Origin: Neoechinorhynchus agilis
Taxonomy: Eukaryota > Animalia > Acanthocephala
Direction: 5' to 3'
Assembly (NCBI GenBank): GCA_051530055.1
Contig: JBMGUZ010000063.1
Span: forward strand, 1-15,721
Length of the DNA stretch: 15,721 bases
This document shows, in pieces, positions 1 through 8,999 of this stretch. The position numbers and the translations under genes are program-made. The first letter of the stretch is position 1, and every line of letters begins with the position of its first letter. The notes beneath the pieces are model-generated. The model was not told the DNA's origin, searched no databases, and saw only the letters and a program-made list of their open reading frames with translations.

Positions 1-17
1 ATAAAGCATAGTCGCAA

Positions 18-3000
18 TTTTTTTTTAAACGCATATTTTTTTTGAGTAAACAAAACTATTCTCGAAATTACTTTTCTTTACATTCACCACCTCCCACCAA
101 ATTCCAGCTTTTGTCCTTCCTCGACCGTCGCCATCACGCTGGCAGCATTGCCCCGTTGTACTGCCAGCGAGATATTTTGTCGAAGAAATAAGCCTGCTCT
201 TGAGTCTCCGGTTGCCTCTCTCAATTTCTTCGAGAGATCCTTGAGCAGAGAGAGTGCCGAGCTGCCGAGCGCTCCATACGTCTCTACCCCAAAGGGGACA
301 AAATAGTGAGCCCTCGATAGCTGAATATATTTTCGTACCTTCCTCCCTTCCGCTGCACTGGCGGCACCACCGGCGATTTCGAGGGAGTAGGGGATGTTGC
401 TGGCTGCGAGGGTGTCCACACACGTGGCGTCCCAGAGGAGGCATTTGCCCTCCCGCCACGGGAAGACCGAAATTCCATCGGGCCTACGGCCGTCTAGTCT
501 GCAGAGGTGGGCGGGTTCCAGGATGTTCGGGAAGTTCGCCGTTCTCAACGCCCGAGAAATTACGTTATTGATTTCAGAATGGCGTGAAAACCTTCCTGCT
601 GACCTTCTGCAGACGAGACCGTGTCGCCCGAAAGCATCAACCAAAGACCCACATCGACAGCGATGGGGCGTGCATATCGGGAGACCGAGTCTTGAGGATA
701 CTGCGATCCTCGTCACCTCGTCAGTAAGAAGAGTTCCCACAGATGCCAGAGGAACAGCCTCCAACCACGCCCCAGATTCTCGTGTTGAAACTGCCAACAG
801 TCTAGCTCGGACGACCCCATCGCGAGAACCTGAAAGAAGAGGCTGTGAGCTCTCGCGACAAGAGGTCCGTCCCAGATCGACTGTCTGAGGCCATTCACGG
901 GAACTTGGTTAGCGCCTGTCTGCTGGCACCATTCCTCAACCGCCACCACGAAATCCTGGTCAAGACAAAACTTTTCTTTCAAAATGTTATTCGAGACTGG
1001 TAGGCTCCCCTCAAACGATCCAAGAAAGGCCGGCAAAGCAAGGTCGACTAGTGCCCGAATTCCCAATCCCCCAGATGACACAGGCAAAGAAGCTTGTCGC
1101 CACGCCTCATCTGAGAGCTGGACATTTAAAATACGCTCGAGACAAGCCCTCACCTTATCGTCCAGCTTTGCCAATCCTTTTTGTGTTTGGAGAATGTTGC
1201 TGTGCGAACCTTGTACAATAATTTGGGAATGAAGAGCGCGTTCTTTATGAGAAACAAGGCTTCGTGAGCCGAGAGAGCGCTCACCCTATCGCCCAGCAGC
1301 GAAAGTTTCGGTATGATACGGCCGATCTCATCTTCCACATTTGAATCGAAGACGCAACTGCCCAGGAGGCTGAGTTGTTCCCGAGTCACGAGTTTCGGGC
1401 CTGGAGCTACGGCCTCGAACCCAGCCATTAGTTCCTTGACTTTGGCGGGGTCTCCAATATTCAATACAAGGAGCTCACATTTTCCAGCATTGAGCTCAAT
1501 GCCCATCTTCGAGGTCTCCCTAATCAGCGTCTCCAAATCGCGCAGTACAACGGAGGGATCACCTCCGAGCGTAGCGTCATCCAAGTACCAAGCGTTGAAG
1601 CTGGAATGGAGAGAATGCGCTATTGGGTTTACTGTTAGGGAGAATCCGATTGGACCGAGGGGATCTCCTTGCTGCACTCCTCTTTCGGACCAAATGAGGT
1701 GGTCTTCGAAAAGCAAAGGAATCGCCGTCCCGTAGGCATTGAGAAAATACTGGAAGGCTTCTGGTGCGTGATCCCTAATTGCGCGGAACATGATTTCTCT
1801 ATTGAGAGAGTTAAAGGCGTTCCGAAAATCGCACTTAAGAATCACGCACGGCGCTGAGCTACTCGTAGCAAAGTTTCGGAGCGAGTGGACGATAGCTTCC
1901 GCCCCGCAGGATGTGCAGCAGCCCAGTTGGACTGGACGAAGTTGCTGCCCGGTTTTCTCTGTAATACGTTTGCAGAGAATTTTTCCTGTAAGTCGGCGTA
2001 TCGTCGAAGATACGGCGATTGGACGGATCCCACCTTCTTTTTTTGTGAGCGCACACAATGAGGCTCCGAAAAATAGGTCTTTTGCAACGGGGTTCAGGTC
2101 CTCTCCAGTCAGGCGGTCGACTATTCGAGAAAGCGCACTTCCTAGAGAGAGATCTGCTTCACCAGTTGAAAAGGACATCATGTCCTTTAAGTGCTGAGGC
2201 CTTAGTCCGTCAAGCCCGTGACCCGAACCATTTGCAAAAGTTGAGATGGCCTTTTTCATCTCTGAAATTTGAGTGGGCGTCCTGTCCTGAATGGGAGGAG
2301 ATGGAATTTCAAAGCTTCCGCTACTACATGGGTGCTTCGACCGGAGTATTTGTAGCGTCTCGCTGTCTCCTTTTGCGAAACTGTCGGAGGATGACAATAA
2401 CCGAACAGCCCCCCGAACATCCCCGTCCGCAAGCTTCGAAGAGACACGCTCAGTCAGTGATCGTTTTGAAAAACGGCAGCGATACTCTTCCTTCGTGCGT
2501 CCCTTAGAAACCTCGCGGAGATTCCTTTCGAAATTTTTAAATATTTGTTCAAAGGAATCTAACCTTTCCTTGATTGTTGATGTCAAAGACACCCCAGAAT
2601 CACCGCTGGTGCAAAGGACTAAGCGCGGGAATGCGAAGAGCCGTGTCCCTTGATGGCGCACAGTTCGTTTGCAGGCAATCGTTGAGCAATCCCGTAAATG
2701 CTTTGGCGACCTGATATCGTGCGCCCTTTGGGATCCGTTTCAGGACGTTCCTGGGCAGAAACCGCACGATATCAGGTATCGAAATAGAATCCGTGGTGAT
2801 CTGAGGGGTCTCAGGCACGAACGGTTCGGTTAATTGTGGTGGAGAACCAGACCCACTACAGCGGAGATCTCGGGGACCATGGACAAACAAAACCCCCAGA
2901 TTGGTTAATTTAAAAAACTTACCGCAAACCGGACACAAACCAGTAGAGACGCGTGGGAGCCCGGCAGCGTTGGTCTTCTCAGATTGCACGTGATCGATAA

Positions 3001-3046
3001 GTAGCTCGTTCAAATGAGTTTTTATGGCGGTACCATGTTGAAACAT
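18..3046 (-). mobile_element. CRE-clade non-LTR retrotransposon (N-terminal Zn finger, RT, restriction-like endonuclease). Single ~990-aa ORF broken by 3 frameshifts
   Basis: Four ORFs (2600-3046, 1150-2661, 713-1174, 84-797) join collinearly. Zn finger: CPVC..HGPRDLRCSGSG. RT motifs: GIRPIAV, DFRNAFNS, GVQQGDPLGP, WYLDD, LNAGKCEL. RLE motifs: CRCG..HGLVC, RHSEIN, RPDG, WDATCVD, E..K..KY, QRGNAASV. A-rich tail on the minus strand at 18-43. 5' boundary is uncertain (~3050-3140). Confidence 0.95.
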
Positions 3047-3190
3047 TTATTTCGCGGACGACTCTCGGATCCTCGAATCAAGTAAGCATTGCACATGAGT
3101 ATCTCGGCTCATCAAGTAAGATAAAAATTGAAATCGGTAAGCGTTAACTAGGAAAAATGACACAGACAAAAATCAAAGGTTAATATATCC

Positions 3191-4022
3191 TCAGCCAATT
3201 TCTTGTTCATGACTGTTGTGCCGATGACTAGGCGAATCGTGCTCGCTATTTTATCGTCGTCAAAGTTAAAAATTGCAACCCTTTTCGTTGTTTTTAAGAG
3301 AACTGTATCGACTTTAATGACACTTACGACTAATCGATCACTTTTTGTCTCGTTTATGATGTCGGATCTTTTTTGATTTCCTTATTGTTCTAAACAGTTT
3401 AGGCTTTCGCTTTAAAACTCGTTTGTCGTTTTTACTCAGTGCATCAATTGCTCTCAATGCATCCTTCGTACTTCTCATTTGAACAATTCTTCTAATATGT
3501 TTAAACAACAGAACTTCCCGACAACCAAATCACGACTAATGGCACCTTTTCGCATGGGTAACCCGTCCTTCTTCATTTTTTCGAGTAGTTCCATGTTGGA
3601 CATGTCACCGGACGACGGTCCTTGCTCATCACTAGAGTCCTTATCGGCCTGGCCTCGTTGTTGGCACTTTATGCATCGGACATCCCTAATTTGTATGCCA
3701 AACGGTTGGTCTTTTACTTTATCATTGGGTTTGGCCCATTGCTCACGTGGAGCTCCTCGCCACCGTCTTTTCCACCATCGTCGGCTGTCATACCAATCGG
3801 AGGATTGTACATGAATGAAAGTCCCAAACGACCTTTCTCATCACCCAGCAACCACCGATTCGCAAACATCTCCTTTTCCTTGTCATGCTGCTCTTTTAAA
3901 AGTTGCTGCTGTAGCCGTTCAGCTTCGGCCTTTTGCTCAGCCATCCAGAGGCGTTTCATGTTCCCCAAATTGCTGGGATGAAACCACTTCTTGGACATGT
4001 AATTCTCGTAGCCTTTCCCCAT
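3191..4022 (-). pseudogene. CIR1: CIR1 (corepressor interacting with RBPJ) homolog, disrupted
   Basis: MGKGYENYMSKKWFHPSNLGNMKRLWMAEQK..LGDEKGRLGLSFMYNPP matches the Cir_N region. After a frameshift near 3770: WRGAPREQWAK..DQPFGIQIRDVRCIKC..MKKDGLPMRKGAISRDL. After a second shift near 3500: ALSKNDKRVLKRK, then a K/S/H/R-rich tail with in-frame stops (first at 3340-3338). The 3' end is approximate. Confidence 0.88.
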
Positions 4023-4407
4023 GTCGAATCGAAGCTCTTAATAAAAAATCAATTAGAAATTCTTTAAATCTTGGTTTCAAAAAGAGCTCGTTACAGCACA
4101 CAAAAACAGCATGTCCATTTAAGAGCTGGCTTTCAAGTTCGATCGAAATCGGGGCCTTCGAGCAAGATTGGCCCGAGTTTGAGGCGCTACTTGAGTCTGA
4201 TAGGGGAAAATTTTAAAGAAAGTCTGATTTTAAAGAATTTTTCGACTTCTAAATGGATATTTGGAATCTTTTCTTGGGATTCGTTGATCAATTTACGAAA
4301 AAATAGCACCCTAATATCGCTTATTTCGATATGTGAGTGCATGTTATGTTTTTGGAGGAGAAAGGATGTCTTTGCGAGGGACAACATTTTAGAATCAAAG
4401 ATCGGAA

Positions 4408-5454
4408 ATGCCAAGTTCGACGGAATTGATCACTATATTGCTTTGTTCTCTTCTATTTGTTTATCTTCTCTTCAAAGTCTTCTCAAATGTGAGGTTGCTC
4501 AGTTCGTGCGGTCGAACATGCTTAATAATTGGACCGAGTGGCAGTGGAAAGACAAAGCTTTTTCTCGTGCTGAATGATCAGACAGCAAGATCTTCGGTGA
4601 CTTCACTGACCGCGAATGTCTCGGAGTATTCAGAATTGGTTCAATTAGTCGATCTACCTTCTCATCCTCGTTTGTGGAACAAAAGTCGAACCTCGATTAA
4701 GTCTTATGACATTGGAAAAATTATTATGGTAATAAAACCCTTCGAAGATTCAGCAGGACTTTCCAAACATGAACATTTCCTACATGCTGCTGAGTTATTT
4801 CGGGATACTCTTTCGGAAATAAGCCACCGCCAAGATCCACTAGGACATGGATATTGCCATTCGTAGTAAAATCTTCATCGTTTTAGAAAAAGAACACAAA
4901 TTCGGTCTGAGAAAAATCGAAGGCGAAAGTTACGATCCCATTGGATTTAGGGATCATCGTTTTTTAATTCGAATGTATACTTTGACTTTGGTTAACGAAC
5001 TCTGCCAAAAACAACTCACATATTTTTAGGTTATAATATTGAGGTCGGCCCTCCAGTTCTGACAGGGAAGTCAAATTTTATCGTTATCAGATCTAAAAAA
5101 AGAGTACTTTTAATTGGTAATCACTGATAACGATTTTTGTAAGGTTTCGAGGGCCGACTGCAAAATAATAACATATCTAACCGCCCGCCTACTTTTTATG
5201 AATGTGCAAAAATTCATGTCGCAAAATTGCCTGCTCTCGTAGTGTGGAATGATTGGCGCGAGGACGCTAAACAATTATTCGAAAACGGAAGGAGTGAATT
5301 AAACAAGCAAATTGTTGATACTGTGAGTAAATGCGAGGAAATACGTTCGAGTAGTTCAGTGGAGCAGTACGTGGAATCGTTTAATTGGCTAAAAGGCGAT
5401 TTAAGTAAAGATGAATTCGTAAAAGAGGTCGGTGATTGGATTAAACAAAGCTAA
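4408..5454 (+). CDS. SRPRB: SRP receptor beta subunit, two exons (4408-4815 and 5200-5454, ~220 aa) separated by a non-GT-AG interruption. Functional status unclear
   Basis: N-terminal TM helix, G1 [16 protein letters not shown] (usually DxPGH), [14 protein letters not shown]. Homology resumes at [17 protein letters not shown] and ends EVGDWIKQS*. No stop or frameshift in the joined frame. Confidence 0.8.
5044..5158. repeat. Nested inverted repeats / stem-loop element inside the SRPRB interruption
   Basis: GTCGGCCCTC (5044-5053) pairs with GAGGGCCGAC (5149-5158). ATCGTTATCAG (5080-5090) pairs with CTGATAACGAT (5124-5134). Small internal hairpins TGAC-agggaa-GTCA and AAAAG-agta-CTTTT. Confidence 0.8.
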
Positions 5455-5899
5455 TTTTTGAGTTGAGTTTTTGGACTTTACGTTCTCATCTTCCCATTAT
5501 AACGGAGGAATATTCGATAATGGAGAAGATATTGGAGAATCAAGTGGTTTTAGTATGCGGAGAAACGGGATCCGGCAAGACTACTCAACTCAGTTTTTAT
5601 ACGAATACGGATTCACACAAATAGTTTCCCAGCACAGAATAACCCAAGTCGTTATTTTGGTACAATGGAGCGATTGCCTCCTTTATTAAAAATCTCGAAT
5701 ACAGTACGGTTTCAGGGCTTCTAAAATTCAATAGGGTGTAGTGCCATGCGAACAGTAGAGGACCGAAAGGATAATCCTTCTGAACAATTTCTCGAGAGGC
5801 CGCCAAATATCAAGTCATTGTCGTCAAACATCGCGACGAATGGTAATAAGCTCGGAATATATATTTGCCATTCTTAAATTAATATTTGGCGCAACTAAA

Positions 5900-5960
5900 G
5901 AATTATAGATTAATTTAATTAAATTTCGGCCTAAGCGTAGGCCATCTTCAGATATTGTTT
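5900..5960 (-). ncRNA. Hammerhead ribozyme (type I architecture), catalytic core and stem II intact
   Basis: Minus strand reads CTGAAGA-T-GGCCTA-cgct-TAGGCC-GAAA (5951-5924): the CUGANGA and GAAA boxes flank a perfect 6-bp stem II. Stems I and III are AU-rich and imperfect. Confidence 0.8.
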
Positions 5961-5989
5961 TCGGAGGACTCGAATTTTCCTCCGAAAAC
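5957..5989. repeat. Perfect 12-bp hairpin
   Basis: GTTTTCGGAGGA (5957-5968), 9-nt loop, TCCTCCGAAAAC (5978-5989). Confidence 0.9.
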
Positions 5990-6204
5990 GAGCCCCGAAG
6001 AGCGGCGGCCAGTTGCATGTCAGATAGCTGAACAGTTGAATTTGCCAACGAATAGAGTTTCGTTCCAGACCCGCTATGAAGGTAACGGACAAACCCGTCA
6101 TTAAGTTCATGACTGATGGAATCCTTCTTAAGGAGATCCAAGCTGAGTTTTTGCTTTCCAAATATTCTGTCATAATTGTAGATGAGGACCACGAAGTCGA
6201 GTAA

Positions 6205-6510
6205 CGGTACATTCGTTTTGGTCCAATATGATAAAGGTGTCATCCACACAACGACACCAAAATTGAATCCCTGTCAGTTTAGATAGATTTGAGTCTTCCC
6301 AGTGTCTCATATACAGCTCAGCTGGGACCGGAGAAAGTGGACTTCCCATTGCTGGGCCATCAACCTGATCGAAGTTCTGTCCTTCAAATTAGGGAACTTT
6401 CTCCAGTTGGCCGCTGACAGATTCCATTGTTCCATTTATCGTATTGATTCATCAAGAATTTTGGAAATGAAAGGCTTTCCGAAACACAAATTTATTCATT
6501 CTCTGAACTA
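6205..6510 (-). mobile_element. Penelope-like element reverse-transcriptase fragment, degenerate
   Basis: 6388-6205 reads FEGQNFDQVDGPAMGSPLSPVPAELYMRHWED..FWCRCVDDTFII, matching the PLE QxxGxAMGSPLSP and WxRYVDDTF motifs (Y changed to C). Support upstream of 6390 is weak. Confidence 0.88.
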
Positions 6511-6566
6511 TGATAATGATGTATTCTTATTCATCATAAGAATACATAGATAGTTGCGACTACGAA

Positions 6567-7570
6567 TAAAAGCTCCTCGAATATCATTAACAATATTTTA
6601 TCCTTGGTCAATCGTCTCTTAAACATGGGTAAAATCAGCGATGATTGATAATATCAGCCGCCATTTATTTTCTTCAGCAATTTTTCAAGCAGTCCCTTGT
6701 GCCGAATATTTAATTGATTCGAACGAACTTGACTTAGGATGTTGACCAAATTGTTATTCCGAATTTCACTCAGCGCTATTTCACGTTCAATCATCGCGCT
6801 GAGTATCCGCTTTAGCATCGCGTGGTTCCGAACTGTGAACTTCTCGTCCAAGATGCTTTTTAAACGATCGCAGAGTTCCTTGATGCTCAAGTTCATTTCA
6901 ATTGAAGGCTTTGATTTTCTTTTTGAAATCGATTCATTCAGTGATTTGTCCTTCAATTGTGACCCTGATTTATTTTCGATCGAAATATTGGACATTTCCG
7001 TAGGTTGCCGATTGTAGATTCCCACCATCTTTTTTCCGATTTTATCGATTATGTCGATTAACGGTTCGTTTTCCCCGTTGCTGGCCATCTTATGGAGAAT
7101 ATTTATAAGATCGGAATCTTTGATTTCATCCACAGTCATCTCTAATTCTGAAATCTCGGAAAGGACATCGTCCACCAGTTCTAGGCTTTTGGTTGCGTAT
7201 TGCGAATCCAATAAAAACTTTAGTAATTTAATCTTCTTGGTTAAACGAGAAGGCGGCATCAATTGTTTGGATTCTGAAATCTGTTGACTGTGAACGTTTT
7301 CGACATTGTGAAGTCCCGTTTCTATTCCTCCATCGCTATTGATTCTCTTCGGCGATTCTGTTCTCTTTTCCGAAATTGCGTTGGAATCTCGATCACTAGA
7401 ATCAGTAAGTGATATTTCGGGTTCTACTTCTATCGGTTTGTTTAATTTGGGTTTTGTCGCTGGTCTTTCTTTAGATCGTTTTTGATTGAAAGCCTCCTTG
7501 ACCTTCATAGCAACTTGGATTAAGAGTTTCTTGAGTGGAGCATTATCCTTGTTGTCGAGCATCTCTCCAA
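6567..7570 (-). repeat. Inverted segmental duplicate of 14718-15721
   Basis: Paired coordinates sum to 22288 at both ends, so there is no net indel. By eye about 18 substitutions (~98% identity). The copy may extend past the window edge. Confidence 0.97.
6654..7562 (-). CDS. 5'-truncated 302-aa paralog of the TFIIS-N-like repeat protein (end of repeat 3, repeats 4-5)
   Basis: Open 302-codon frame with 7 amino-acid differences from 14726-15634. Identity stops abruptly 8 bp upstream of the ATG. Expression unknown. Confidence 0.6.
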   Translation of the reverse strand: MLDNKDNAPLKKLLIQVAMKVKEAFNQKRSKERPATKPKLNKPIEVEPEISLTDSSDRDSNAISEKRTESPKRINSDGGIETGLHNVENVHSQQISESKQLMPPSRLTKKIKLLKFLLDSQYATKSLELVDDVLSEISELEMTVDEIKDSDLINILHKMASNGENEPLIDIIDKIGKKMVGIYNRQPTEMSNISIENKSGSQLKDKSLNESISKRKSKPSIEMNLSIKELCDRLKSILDEKFTVRNHAMLKRILSAMIEREIALSEIRNNNLVNILSQVRSNQLNIRHKGLLEKLLKKINGG

Positions 7571-8921
7571 AAGTATTTGCGTTCTTTTCCAGCCCTTCAC
7601 TACGAATTTAACGCTTCTTTAATTGTTCAAAATTTCAGCTCTTGCTACACTGTTCAATAATACGCCTGACAAAATTCTCTTCACCATAAAGTTTAATTAT
7701 TAGATGCTTTGATTATATGAAAATCAACACCATTAAAGGTTAGCGATCAAAATAAATTTCTATCACTATGCTCACAAGTCTTATTGTTCCCCAAAGCACC
7801 CTGAAGTAGTCATTGTTACAAATTAGATCAATCGACTTAGCATCCTTTGTTTCTCAGAATTGTCAGTAGAAAGATTCCGTTATTGAAAGAAGAAGCTAAA
7901 CTCTGGTCGTTTTCCATTAGGGACATCTTGTGTACTAAACAACGTGGACTCCACCTTCACATACCTACAAATGTTCAGACGGCGGGATTAAAAAGAACCA
8001 AATTTTTGATAAAAATAATTTATGTAAAATGGCTGAAAAGGGTCTCCATCAAAGTTCAATTTAAACAAAAAATTTACATAGTTTATCATTAAAAGTTTTA
8101 AAAAAGGGGATCCATAGTTCTGGAGGTCTACCGCGCGCAAAGAAGCACAATGATTCTCCTACAATACTTTTGAGTGCACGGACGAGGGTTGGGAAAGGAA
8201 CCAGGAGATGCCTTGAGAGCTTGATAATAGATTTAATTTTACAGAATGTACTCTTCAGAGAAGTATTAATAAAAATTCGGTTTTGTGTAGAAGGGAAGTC
8301 AATTCCCAGCACACGAGAGTGCTTTTTGAAACCAAAACACGAACTTAAATCACCCTTTCGTGCAAACCAATGAACATTTCTCCGGTTTCAATTAGATTTG
8401 TCTTTTGAGTGAGAAGTCAACGCTCGTGGCTATTTTAAAGTACGAACTAAAAACTTACCATGAAGTTATCGACGAGATCTACAAGGTTCTCAATTGTGTT
8501 GAAGCAAAACCCGTCGGTGGTGGAGACGGCAAGAGCGATCTCAACCGAGCGCAAAATCCGTTTAAATTAATGGCGGAAACTATTCACTGATTTTATTTTT
8601 TGTATTGTCTCTGATTGGTTAAATTCCAGCGAAAGAGCGACGACAAATGAAACTTGAAAATTAAATGAAAGATTCCTGGGAATATTTCTTAGCAAAAAAA
8701 ACCCGATTTCCAGTATGAACGAGAACCTATTTAAAATAAGGGGAATTATATTTTTAAATTATAGTACACCCTTTTATTTAGTACGGCAATCACGTCGATA
8801 ATATCAATCTTAAAATATTTTCTTTTACCAAAAAACCAAGAAAAGAAAAGCACACAAAAGTTATAAAATTTGTAGGGTATGTGGAGATTGAACTATTCAT
8901 GTTTTTTTGCTTAAATTTAAA

Positions 8922-8981
8922 GGAATTTTATAAATCCGATATTTCAGTACAATCTCATGCCTTCATCAAAGTCTAAAATCC
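8922..8981 (-). ncRNA. Degenerate type I hammerhead ribozyme downstream of the PLE endonuclease fragment
   Basis: GGATTTTAGACT-TTGATGA-AGGCA-tgagat-TGTACT-GAAA-TAT-C-GGATTTATAAAATTCC. C3 is replaced by U, stem II is imperfect, stem III is the minimal ATAT type, and distal stem I is GGATTTTA/TAAAATTCC. Confidence 0.55.
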
Positions 8982-8999
8982 ACACGTGGAGGATAATTA

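Larger units (their letters stand above)
5645..5989 (-). mobile_element. ~345-bp insertion in DHX37, probably a Penelope-like/retrozyme-like remnant
   Basis: Removing it joins ..ATA ACC|GAG CCC CGA AGA (I-T-E-P-R-R) in frame. It contains a hammerhead core and ends in a 12-bp hairpin. No clear TSD. The left boundary is inferred. Confidence 0.6.
5481..6200 (+). pseudogene. DHX37: DEAH-box helicase DHX37/Dhr1-like fragment (Q motif to motif II), frameshifted and split by an insertion at ~5645-5989
   Basis: [36 protein letters not shown] / QFLYEYGF (5481-5644). Then EPRRAAASCMS / AEQLNLPTNRVSFQTRYEGN / IKFMTDGILLKEIQAEFLLSKYSVIIVDEDHE (5990-6200). DEAH has become DEDH. No N- or C-terminal part present. 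Confidence 0.9.

Noticed and set aside
25-2653. Many overlapping ORFs of 60-165 aa on both strands
   Set aside because: Shadow or antisense frames of the GC-richer CRE coding sequence with no independent motifs.
4023-4407. Bidirectional promoter, or the 168-aa ORF 4071-4577, between CIR1 and SRPRB
   Set aside because: The head-to-head layout is suggestive, but no specific element or protein motif is recognisable.
4821-4850. VLVDLGGG (HSP70 or methyltransferase-like) on the minus strand
   Set aside because: Isolated short match with no supporting flanking motifs.
5597-6249. Minus-strand ORFs 5824-6249, 5931-6212 and 5597-5806 read as a nucleoporin or PLE thumb
   Set aside because: The 5990-6200 part is antisense to clear DHX37 motifs. 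The apparent matches elsewhere were superficial.
8225-8262. Third hammerhead candidate CTGAAGA-GTACA-ttc-TGTA-AAA (minus strand)
   Set aside because: No GAAA box, no convincing stems I or III, and no adjacent PLE coding remnant.
7860-8900. Short ORFs (7847-8092, 8061-8312, 8170-8373, 8405-8590) and a CCAAT-like ATTGG near 8615
   Set aside because: No recognisable domain. They may be further decayed fragments but cannot be supported by eye.
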